Below the pieces are notes generated by a model. That model was not told the DNA's origin. It saw nothing but the letters and a program-made list of their open reading frames with translations, and did no database searches. From Microbotryum violaceum (Eukaryota), in the NCBI GenBank assembly GCA_001244265.2, contig CDLV01000005.1:620001-684000 (forward strand): a stretch of DNA of 64,000 bases, in the 5' to 3' direction. Shown in pieces: positions 10,947 to 21,872 of the stretch. Each line of letters opens with the position of its first letter. The first letter of the stretch is position 1. The position numbers and the translations under genes are program-made.

Positions 10947-12740
10947 ACTTGGTTCCACGGTTACGCCACCTAAAAGTTTCGGCGTTGAGAAGGCAGGCCG
11001 GCGAGATTGAACGACGGCGCGCGCTGTGGCAAGGACGTCAGAATTGGCATTGCAAAGCGGCGCAAACGCGCACTCTAGCGCACTCTGGCTCGAGCTCTGG
11101 CGCCGAGGCAGTGAGTGAGTCAGCGTGGGCGAGTGCTTTACTCCTTTCCGACCTGCATCCTCTCTGTTCCGACAGGGCTAGGTCAAAGCGCCCTTCTTCA
11201 TCCCTCCACCGTCTCTCTCTCTCCTTGGCCTCCTTCACCAGAGGTCACTGGGCCAGTCGTCGTTCGATCGTCGTCCGTCCGTCGTCGTCGCTGTCGTCGT
11301 CGCCTTTCGTGGTTGCTCGTCCTTGTCGCAGCCCGAATCGCAGGCGTCACGCACGGTCGCGACCACGCCCCGTCTCAGCAACCCTTGTCCATTGCCAGCC
11401 GGTCGTATCGGTTCGCGCGCGACAACTGTGCCGAGAAGAAGTAGTAGAGGAGATCGAGAGGTGGCCCAGTCGTAGTCGTACAGCAAGTTGAGCAGGAAGG
11501 GTGGTAGTGACGCTGCCAGCCGTCGTCAGCTGGTTCGCTCTTCCCTTTTTCTGGCCCTCAAGCAGCTCAGGCTCAGGTCAGTCCAGCAGGCCCGACCCAA
11601 GTCAGCGAGCGCCAGCAGGCCCACGGCACACGGCGCAGGCTCCGATTCGAGAACGTGCGAGCTCACCCCAGCCGCATTTCACCTAACCCCCTACAGTCCA
11701 GCTTGTACGACCTTGGCCCAATTCTCCCCATCCCAACCCCAAGCCACCCCAAGCCACCCCGACCTCGTGTGTGCGCGTTCCGTCCCCCTTGGTGCACTGC
11801 GTTGCTCTCCGTCTCTGGAGGTTTGCTTGTGGTGAGTCACTCGACTTGACGCGCTGAATCGGCCCACGCGCGCCTGTGCCCGCGGGGCCCAACGCAAAGC
11901 AGAGCGCCGAGGACTGACTCGGCTCCCACCGTGCGAATGTGCGTAGTAGGTCTTCACGGCATCGCTCTCCGATATTCCGGCTCTTGTTTTCGGACCAAGC
12001 CACAAGGGACCAATCCGGACACGCCCCTCTAGTCATCCATCCCGGCACACCAGTCTTGCCTACCCCTCTACACCCCGGCTCAGTCGCTCGATTCAGACAG
12101 GCCTTCATTGGACCTCCGCCTTTTCTCCCGCACTTTGCACCCGACCCCGAGGTAAGACCCCCCCCCCACCGCATCTAATTCGCTCCTTCTTTGAACCGAG
12201 CCTTGCCACTAACACGACTTTGTCCATCATTCACACAGCTCGTTGTCTTTGTTAGACGCACCGGTCAGATACCGATACATCCTCGCGCGCCCCTCCACTC
12301 CACTCGCTCTCCTTTCCACCGAGCACCTTTCTAGTCTGCATTCGTCCAGAGACCGGAAAACGACAAGCTCCGGCGATCAGAGCAAGCCGCTTTCTCGCGA
12401 CACATCATATCCTTATCACCCTCTCGGCCTCTATAAGAAAAAGCAGTGGGCGGCAGATTTCGACGAATCGGTTCTCGCTTTTAGCAACCGCCTCGGAGCT
12501 CTCTCCCTCGCCTCTTTTTGGGCCCCTTGTTAGGCGGCGCCGGCGTGTCCTCCACCTCGCTCCATCTTTCGATCTGATCGATAAGCGTTCAAGGACCTCC
12601 AGCCCAATCCTGCAACCCATCCCCCAAAAAGTGCTAGCTCCCCACGGGCTTCATAGCACAAACGACCGGGCCATTCGAAGATCTACCTATCAACAGGTAA
12701 ATCTCCGTCTAAGTCCCTGTCCACCCTCCTCCGCCTCACC

Positions 12741-14765
12741 ATGACCTCCAACTACTTCAATCCGCCTCTGGACGGCCATCACCACTATGGTTCGCAACTG
12801 GCGCCTCAGGTGCAACAAACCGCTCCGTTGCACCCTCAGCACCCGCCTTGCTACTACCATCACCCGCCTCAGTACCCCGTGTCGCTGCCTCCCGCGAACG
12901 CGCCGATCACCATCCCGTCTATGGGCACGGTGTGTGTCGCAGCGCCGTCGCACGCACCCCAACAATCCGAATTGCGCCCCCTCCCATTCAACTCGGTCTC
13001 GGCTTACTTCGCCGTCCCCTCGGCGGCTTACTACCCGCTGCCCCCCCAAGCGCACGCCCCATCCGTGACCCACAGCCGCCATGCGTTCGCCGGACCTTCG
13101 CCAGCGAGCCATGATACGTGGTCGAGGAAGGCCGCCGAAGTCCATCGCGACACTCGCACACGCTGGGGATCCCATGATTCGTTGTCCTCGGTCGTGTCGC
13201 AGCCCGAGTCGGAATCGTGGATACAGCACACGCACCCCGCCGCCGCCGCTCGTGATCGCTGGACCGAGCAGTCGAGGCAGATGCCAGCGCGTGAGCACCC
13301 GGAATCCTTTGTGCGCTCGATCTGGAGTCGAGAGGGGTCTGGTGAGAGCTTCATCCCAGTCAACGGACCCGCGGCTGAAGACGCGGTGATGGACTTTGAA
13401 GAGGTTGTCAGCGTCGACCAGCACGAGCCCATCGTCATCCCCAACGCGGACCCTTCGGCACTCATCGATTACGACCTCATCGTGCCCATGTCCGCTGTTC
13501 CTCCCCCTCCCCCTATCGAGCGCTCGGCCGTCCCCTTGGCTGATCTTGCGGTGGAGATGGTGTGGGACGCGTGCGCGCGTGGCGCCAACGGTTCACCTGC
13601 GAGGGCTAGTCATCAAATTACTCGCCAAGGACGTTCGCGTGCGTCGTTGCTCAACGACTCGCAAGACGACGTCGCCCTCCCTGCGGCCCGTAGTGGGTCA
13701 CGCTCGTTCCCGCAGACGCCCGAACTCTTCTATGGCGCGATCGGTGATGGCCGTGCGCCCCGCAAGATCTCGGACCTGTCCTTGGATGGTGGCTACGTCA
13801 GCGACGAGTCGAGTCCCGGCAGCTCCGCTCCTGGAACGCCGGAAAACGTTCGCTTAGCCAGCCTCGGTTTTGCCTACCCCTTCGTGGGCGAACAGCTCCA
13901 GACGCGCCAGAGTGCCAAGATGGCGACGTCGTCGGACGAGGACATGCTCCACAGCCCCGTCGACGTTATCCGCGCGAACGGTCGCCGCCTTAGCAACAAA
14001 AACAGACCGATGCCACTCGCGTTCCCTGCGGACCCGACCCCCGCCTTCCGTCAGTTCGTGAGGCAGCTCTTGACGACAACGCTCGTCGCGCCCGAGGACA
14101 TTGCGCTCGCCTTGCACTTTGTCTCGCGCATCCCTCGATCGTCGATTATTCCGCCTGCCAAAGCCGAAGATGGCGCAGAGGGCTGCACGAATGCGCTCAA
14201 GTCGGCGCCGTACAAGATCCTGCTTGGTGCCTTGATGCTGGCAAACAAGACGCTGCAAGACAACTCGTACCGTAACGAGACGTTCGCCGCCGTCTCGGGC
14301 ATCCCGCTCAAGGACGTGAACGATCTCGAGATCCACGTCTTTGGCTCTCTCGGCTTCGATGCCTCAATCGATGGCGCCGTATGGGCAGCTTGGCTCAACG
14401 AAATGTCGCGTCGTGCTTCGCTCGGTCGCGGCAACATTGGCAACACAGTCGAAGTCCATGCGGCCATCCAGCGACTGCAACGTGCGATCGCTCGTGGCTC
14501 CGACACGTCCTCAACGCCGTCGTCGCCTCTCGTCGGTGTTCCCATGGTCCTTAATGTGGCTCAGAGCCCTCGCACGGCCGATTTGTTCAAGTTCCTCCCG
14601 CCTATGGCAACGCCCCTAATGCAGTGCCGCAACACCGCGTTGCTCGAACTCGACATGGACGCTTCTGGACCTTGCCGTCCTGCTGCTGCTCGTCGCTCGA
14701 CCTGGCTCGACAGATCGCCTACGCTCACCGTCGCGATGCCGTCACGTCATCAATATGTCGTCTGA
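12741..14765 (+). CDS. Pho85-type cyclin (PCL/Clg1-like), single coding exon, 674 aa
   Basis: Cyclin box FRQFVRQLLTTTLV..IALALHFVSRI..YKILLGALMLANKTLQDNSYRNETFAAVSGIPLKDVNDLEIHVFGSLGF after a long P/S/H-rich N-terminus. Start context ACCATG. Confidence 0.88.
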   Translation: MTSNYFNPPLDGHHHYGSQLAPQVQQTAPLHPQHPPCYYHHPPQYPVSLPPANAPITIPSMGTVCVAAPSHAPQQSELRPLPFNSVSAYFAVPSAAYYPLPPQAHAPSVTHSRHAFAGPSPASHDTWSRKAAEVHRDTRTRWGSHDSLSSVVSQPESESWIQHTHPAAAARDRWTEQSRQMPAREHPESFVRSIWSREGSGESFIPVNGPAAEDAVMDFEEVVSVDQHEPIVIPNADPSALIDYDLIVPMSAVPPPPPIERSAVPLADLAVEMVWDACARGANGSPARASHQITRQGRSRASLLNDSQDDVALPAARSGSRSFPQTPELFYGAIGDGRAPRKISDLSLDGGYVSDESSPGSSAPGTPENVRLASLGFAYPFVGEQLQTRQSAKMATSSDEDMLHSPVDVIRANGRRLSNKNRPMPLAFPADPTPAFRQFVRQLLTTTLVAPEDIALALHFVSRIPRSSIIPPAKAEDGAEGCTNALKSAPYKILLGALMLANKTLQDNSYRNETFAAVSGIPLKDVNDLEIHVFGSLGFDASIDGAVWAAWLNEMSRRASLGRGNIGNTVEVHAAIQRLQRAIARGSDTSSTPSSPLVGVPMVLNVAQSPRTADLFKFLPPMATPLMQCRNTALLELDMDASGPCRPAAARRSTWLDRSPTLTVAMPSRHQYVV

Positions 14766-17308
14766 GCGCTGCCTATCCATCCACCTTAAACATCTATGGT
14801 CACTCGTCTCGTCTGCTTAAGTGTGAGGACCCTCCTCTTAGGTACTTCACCCTACCCTCACAGACACTGAGCGTCGACTTGTTTGACCCGCCTCGCAGTT
14901 TCGTCATCCATCCATTACTCCACAATGTCTTGTCTTCTACGATGCACACCTTTTACCGGTTCCATCGAACGCAACAGCCGAAGCGGTAAACCCGATTGTC
15001 TTTACGTCAAGAGCTGCTGCACTACACCTTCCGGAACCCTCCAAGCATCATCAGCGCGATCGTCGTCACGTACCACCGATTCAGTTCGCGTACGGTACTG
15101 ACGTCTTGTCAAGCCCGACGACTTCTCTACTGCTCAAGATTCGATGACACCCCGCGACCGTTCCCACCATGCCCTTTGCCTTTGAGCCGCCTCTCGCTTC
15201 CACTCCTACCCTACACTAAAAAATTCAACCTAAAAAAAAAGGTCTACGTTTCACCTCCTTCCATCCTCTTTTGCTTCTTTGCATGCATACTCTCACACTC
15301 CGTTCTTGCCCTTTTATCCTTCTGCTGTGCACACACTCTCCCACATCACTTCCTCCCATTTCGGCTCGTCGACAGCTTATCGACTGCGCGAGCTCCACAT
15401 TACACAACCTTTTGTCCTTCCTTTCTCGCCCTGTCCATTCTTCCCTTTTTTCTTTCATTTTTTTTTGCGTTTTTTTTTTTTTTGCGGATTTGGAAGGTCA
15501 CCACTACTCCGATCTAGTGGTTGGTTTCTGTCCTGGTACTGTTCTGTAGTACCGTCCCAATGATAAGATTCGATCCGTGGTGTTCCTTTCTGTTTCGGGT
15601 GTGGAGAAATCCTGAGACCGTGTGCGACAGCCACTATTAGACTGTAAAGACAAAGCGTTGAATGGGCGAAATTGTCAACACCGGATGTCGGGGAAGTAGC
15701 GAGGCGCTATGCGACTCAGGGGCTAGTAGGCCGGGGTTTCTTTCCGGGCCTGCTGGGTTGGGAAGTCCCTACCTAGAACTATCGACTACTGAAAACGGGT
15801 TCGTGACTTGATTCCAACGAACGATGTAAATTAAATGCTTCCTAACTCTCCAGGGATGCCCTCTGTTCTTCATTCCCAGTTCCCAGTTCCCCCAGCTGTG
15901 CGCGACGCAGTTTCGATTCATGGCGACAGACGCCTGTTGCGTCTCGACTCAAGAGCGTTTTCCCCAGTTTTGGCCGGCGTTAACTTGACTCGTGATATCC
16001 GCAAGGGTCAAGCCATAACTACGCAAGGTTTTGAGGCAGCCCTGGTATTATCACATTGCCTGGGAGGTTGGGACTCGGAAGCATTCCATTCGCTCAGTAT
16101 TGAACCCGTGCCAGAGAGAACACGACTTACGGTGCTCTCCGTTTGTCCACGTACTTTATATAGCAGGACCTGACGAAGTGATCGTAGCCTGGACCACTAC
16201 CGGAAAGAAACAGATCAATCCAAATGGTTCAGGGATAGAGAACTGGAATCGGAACGAGAGTCATCAGTTTCTAATCGCACGCACGGGGGAGTCTTAGGCT
16301 TCCTTCCGTCGGCCACTTCCACTTGAGGCGTCGTCTTTGCGGTCTTGTCTTGCCCTTCGGAGCTTTAGGTTGCACAACAAAACGTAGTTAGTCGAAAAAT
16401 TGTAATGGCATTCGTGCGAGTGGCAACTTGCCCGTCTTTGAGAAGAGGAACACCTAATACTGTAATACGCCGCATAGGAGTACACCAGAGCGACGACAAT
16501 AACATCACAAATAATGCAGGATTGACAAGGGGCACTTTTCACTAGTCGCTGCTATTACAATGCCTTCTGATCTGCCTGGGCTCACTGCACCTGGACACGA
16601 CGTTAGTCGCTGAGACTAAGAGTGCCCAGGCGCGCAATTCTCGCTCCTCGCAAGGCCTAGGCGCACGGGCCTTACAGTGAGGAGAAAGAAAGGCGAATGC
16701 TACGCTGTGGCCCATGCGGTTCGGAGGCAGTGCAGTGTGCTAGTCTGTGCTAGTCTGTGCTTAGCGTGATTTGGTGCGTGCGCATATGTGCACCCGCCTC
16801 AACCCTGTGTGCTAGTATGTTCGGCATGATTGAGCCGTGTTCGGCGCGCCTCAGTGCCCGGAAATCGGTGAGTAGCGCGCGTAAGCTGTGCACCTTCCTT
16901 GATTCAGGCAACCATATGACTGTAAGTGCTTTCCTGTTGCTCCCCAAGTCCCCGAGTATAGCATCTATCACCGACACTGCCGCGCATGAGCCCGGGATCA
17001 AGCCTTACCTGCCTCAGCTCATGCCTCAGGCCTCGTTTGGAGATCGGAAGACGCTCGATCACGCTTCATCCCATGTTCAGAAAGGGAATGCGGCACAGCA
17101 CGTGTTCCCCTAGAGCGGCGGGGATCGCTTGCGGGACAGGAGCAAGCAGGCGGAAGTTAGGAGACATGTTCGGCAAGCCGCAACTGAGTGCCCGGGACTC
17201 GGGACCCACTGCCACTCCTAAGTTACCCTCGACCTTAAGTGTCAGGGCATGCCTTACAATACAGCCCTATAAGTAGCCTCTGAGTAGCTAGGACCATCGA
17301 GAGGCTCT

Positions 17309-17843
17309 AGTTACGACCTGCTTCTTGTCAAGCGATCAGGAAAAAGATATTGCGCGATTAAGCAAATCAGAGGTCTAACGGTTTTCGCCGCAAGGGCCCG
17401 GGCGGACTTTCTACTAGTAGGCGGGGCTAGACGGCTAAAACAAGAGGTGCGAGGGAGTCTCGGTTGAGAGATCAGGTTAGGACGGTGAAGCAACGGATGT
17501 TGGTCAAGGTGGTTGCTCTCGAGATAGATTGGGACAGGGACTACGGGATCAAGGACGATGCTGTTGCTTGCAGGAAGCAAAGAAACGTCTACAAACGGGC
17601 CGGGTTTCGTGGAAGTTTTGTTAAGGTTAAGAACAGATCTCACAAGAACAAGCAACACGTGTAGAAGGAAATGGAAGCGAATCGGATGAAGCCAGAAAAT
17701 GAACCCGACGATTCTGGAAGCCGATGGACGCTGATGGAATGACTCGGCTCCGGCCAAGTAGCGCCACGATGGAATCGAATCGAACCAATTCGTTGAAGTG
17801 GATAGATGGAACGGTTTCGAAGATTTGACGGGTGATCGTAACA
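17309..17843. mobile_element. Probable solo LTR (~535 bp)
   Basis: Begins (A)GTTACGA at 17309 and ends TCGTAACA at 17843, a TGTTACGA-type terminal inverted repeat with the first base altered. Flanks GCTCT (17304-17308) and GCTCA (17844-17848) resemble a TSD. No recognisable coding content. Confidence 0.55.
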
Positions 17844-18135
17844 GCTCAGTGCGTCAGTTCGCCTCCTTCCCCGCCCACCCACGCAGTTCAAGTGTGTCTG
17901 CTTCACCGTCTTTTGCCTCCTGATACTCCGCTCCGCATATTTGCATATTGTACACGCACGTATTCACAATGTCGAGCCCCAACGATACTATCGGTAAGCG
18001 GCTCAGGCGTGCGTGCAAAATGTGGCAGCGAGTACGACAGGCTTTCCTGACACAGTCTTCGTCCCCCGGCTTCGGGCCTTTGTGCGAGCGGCACTCGCAG
18101 GTCAGTCGGCAGACGGCTCTGTGCGAAACGGCACG

Positions 18136-20073
18136 ATGTCAACGACGACAAAGGTCGGGTCCAGTAGTCGGGGACGTTTCAAAAGCCAGGTGGAAGACTT
18201 TGAAAGCATGACCCGAGAGGCGCGGGACGCACAAACCTTCGACCACAATCTCACGATGGGGCAGGCGATTCGGCTCTACAAGAAGGGCATTTGCTGGTCT
18301 TTGCTCCTGTCCATGGCGATCATCATGGAAGGCTATGGCGAGTCCTGCCGCTCTCGTCACTGTGCCTACTTCTTCGTTCACTGATGTTGCTATCACTTCA
18401 CTGTTCAGACACTGCTTTGTTGCCATCCTTCTTCGGCTTTCTACCCTTCGTCCGGAAATGTAAGTCTAAGAGCTCCGTAGAATTCGCGCGCGCGTATTCG
18501 GCTCGCGTGTTACAGCTTACTAACCTTGTCAACGCAAGATCTTCCGGCTCTGGTATCATATTACTGATTCTGGATCTACCTGTCATCACCACATAGATGG
18601 AAAACTGCTGCCCGACGGGACGTACAGCATCTCAGCTCCGTGGCAATCAGGACTCTCGATCGGTGCTCAAGTCGGCTCCATCGCGGGTGTATTCCTCAAT
18701 GGATGGCTGGTCGATCGCTTCGGATACAAAAAGACCATGATTGGATCCCTCTTGGTTATGATCGGGGTCATATTCATTCCGTTCTTTGCCCCGTCGATCG
18801 AGGTGCTCTTTGTGGGTTGCCTTGCGCAAGGGGTTCCATGGGGTGTTTTTTCCACGCTCGCCTGTGCATTCGCTTCGGAGGTTTGCTGCACTAAACTTCG
18901 CCCGATCTTGACGACTTGGATCAACGCGTGCTGGGTCATCGGCCAGCTGATCGCCACTGGCGTCCTTCGAGGATTTCTTGGGCGTACAGATCAATGGGTA
19001 CGTCACTACTCACGGACGTTTCGGGCTGGTACTGAAAGATGGACGCTAGCTGACCCTCTGAGAAACATGATTGTAGGCATACCGCGTTCCCTATGCCCTT
19101 CAATGGCTCTGGCCCGTGATTATTTTGATCGGGTGCATCTTCATCCCTGAATCCCCGTGGTACCTCGCCCGTAAGGGGCGAGACGAGGAGGCTGTTAAGT
19201 CGGTCAGGAGACTAACTACCCCGGAGGAAGGCTCCGACTTTTCGCCCGAGGCCAGCGTCAAGCTCATGTCGTACACCAACAAGCTCGAAGAGAGCATTTC
19301 TGCAGGCATATCCTACATTGACTGCTTCAAAGGCATCGATCGACGACGAACCGAGGTCGGTCTCCCGTGTCGTCCTGTTGTCATCCCCGGCATCTCCTTA
19401 AAGCTAACCAAAGGGGTATGCACGTCCTTTGTCATTAGATCGCATGCACTATCTGGTCGATTCAGAACCTGTGTGGATCATCCTTCATGGGTTATTCGGC
19501 CTACTTCTTGCAGCAAGCCGGCTTCTCGGCCGAAGATTCATTCAATTTAACCCTCGGACAATATGCGCTTGGTCTAGTCGGGACCTGCTCGTCGTGGATC
19601 TTGATGTCGCATGCGGGGCGAAGGGCCATCTACACGTACGGCCTTGCGGCCCTCTGTGGCCTTCTCTTTATTATTGGATTTATGGGAATCGCCAACAGCG
19701 TGTCCGCCGTCCGAGCGGTCGGTGCGATGCTCCTTCTTTATACGTTCATCTACGACCTCTCCGTCGGTCCCGTCTGCTACTCGCTTGTCGCCGAAATGTC
19801 TTCGACTCGCTTGCGTGCCAAGACGGTCGTACTGGCTCGAAATTTCTACAACCTTTTCGGCATCGTGAACTATGTCATCATGCCCCGCTTCCTCAACCCC
19901 AAAGCCCTAGGTCAGCATTCATGCCCAGCTTGATGGCTCTCAGAATTGTCGCTCACTGTGGAAACCATGTCTTTCTCTGCAGATTGGGGGGCAAAGACCG
20001 GTTTCTTCTACTCAGGTACGTTCACAGAACTAATTGTTCGTTGTGACCTTCAAACGCAAGCTTCCGTGAACGC

Positions 20074-20115
<42 letters not shown>

Positions 20116-20381
20116 CTCGTCGATGATCCGATCCAGGCTTGTGCTTGCTGTGCACCGTCTACTGCTATTTCCGCTTACCCGAACCCAGGGGGCGTTCCTT
20201 CGGAGAGCTTGACGTTTTGTTCGAACAAGGTGTACCCGCTCGAAAGTTCTCCTCCACCCATGTCGACCCTACGTCGGCTTCGCATTCGCCTTCGGCGTTG
20301 CTCGAGAACCTTGGGATCGATCCCGACAAGGCGAAGAAAGGGTCGACGCAGCACCACGAGAAGGCCGCGTCTGCGGTCTGA
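18136..20381 (+). CDS. MFS sugar porter, maltose/alpha-glucoside permease family (MAL11-like), multi-exon
   Basis: AIRLYKKGICWSLLLSMAIIMEGYD, ISAPWQSGL, DRFGYKKT, ASEVC..LR, PESPWYL, SYIDCFKGIDRRRTE, VGPVCYSLVAEMSSTRLRAKT, PEPRGRSFGELDVLFE. Confidence 0.92.
20076..20113. repeat. (AC)19 microsatellite inside the last intron of the permease
   Basis: Perfect AC run read directly from the sequence. Confidence 0.95.
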
Positions 20382-21013
20382 ACCTTGCAGTGTTCTAATT
20401 TTATATATAGTTTACGTAATGGTATAATTTCTCGAACCCGAAACTTATGCTCGACAAAACTAAAGCACCGCCCGAGGAGTTGCCTGTCGTATCGAACGCT
20501 GCTGCGCATCGCAGGAGAGCGCAACTACTGTCTCGCCATGGCCGGTATCGCTTGTTTCGGTGTTCCTATCCTTTCCCCTGAACGTTTCCAATCACATCTG
20601 GGGACAAACATGGGGATGTCGGGGCAATGTCCTCGATTCAATTTGAAAAAGTCGCGGGAAGAGATTGAGCAAGTCTCACTTTCCGAGCTACTACACGTCG
20701 CCAGTGTCTCAAGCAGGTCTGATTGATGTGTCGCGGTCTGCGGCACAACGACAAAATCTCCAAGTTACTTTTTTGGTGCGCTGGTACTGCGAAGGATCAG
20801 CGAATGATGCGTCTGTGCTTGGGTCGGGCCGAATAGCAGTGCATGAGTCGCCCTCGGGCATATGTGGGGCTCATGACGAGGCTTGACAAAGGCGGCACCA
20901 TGAGCGCTAGAAGCGCTTTCCAATCGATGCTGAGGGGTCACTGGAGAGGTATATCTGAATTATTTGACACCATTACTTTACATGTCCATGAACGAGCGCC
21001 CGAGTCCACCTTC

Positions 21014-21531
21014 TCAAGCCGAACTGACAACCTCACCACTCTTGACCTCCTTGCCCGTCTTCTTGATTTTGGCCAGGATGTCGTCGTACGAGATGGACGA
21101 CGCGTGCACGAGCACCTCTTGCTTTTCCAATGAGATGTCGTAAGAGGAGACACCTATAGGAGCAAATGGAGGTCGTTTAAGCCATGAGTTGCTTCAACAG
21201 AGACTCGAGGGCGCTGACTAACCTTCTGTCTTCTTCAACACTCGATCGATCGCACCCGAGCAGCCTGAACACGTCATGACCTGAAGACGAGGGAAATGCA
21301 TGTCAGAACGTCAACATGGCTGGTTACCTCGAACCCGACGCAAGTTGCAGAGGTGGGGTTTGTCGCATCGTGCTGTGCCCGGCACGTGCACGATCACCGC
21401 GACTGGCTGTTCAAGAGGGCTTACAACATTGAACTTGTACGTTGACTGTGCACGGACAGCAAGAACAGTCAGCTTCATCCTCTCGCCATAGCTCGGAAGG
21501 TCTGCAACCGAAGCTAGGGACGTACGGTCAT
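21014..21531 (-). CDS. ATX1: Copper chaperone (HMA domain), 4 exons; not captured by the ORF track
   Basis: Spliced product MTSTYKFNVVMTCSGCSGAIDRVLKKTEGVSSYDISLEKQEVLVHASSISYDDILAKIKKTGKEVKSGEVVSSA with the MxCxxC metal site and KTGK motif; canonical GT-AG introns. Confidence 0.93.
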
Positions 21532-21872
21532 GCTGACGAAGCGACGTCCAGACGAACACGGGGCACGACGGAGAGAGAGAGAGAGAGCGTGAGCCCGACG
21601 GGCACCGGACGTCGAGGCTCTGCCGCATGATCCGAGCGGTTTTCGCCCGAGTTTTCACGATGTCGAGGTACGTGCACCGACCCACGCACGCTGTATTCGG
21701 CTTATTGTTCCCAACATGGGAGAACGAGATCGACAGTCTTTGTGCATCCGGCATGCTCTGCGAGCGCTCACTGTTAGATTGACTTCGATTGAGCGCTCAC
21801 GCATCTAAGAATCTTGTATGCTTGCACAGGCCGATAGCCCTCATTCCACTATAATACAACACAATTCTATCT

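Noticed and set aside
16526-16546. CAAGGG..TTTCACTAGT, similar to 29682-29700, as possible Helitron 3' ends
   Set aside because: Hairpins are weak, and no 5' TC end or Rep/Hel sequence was found; short similarity may be chance.
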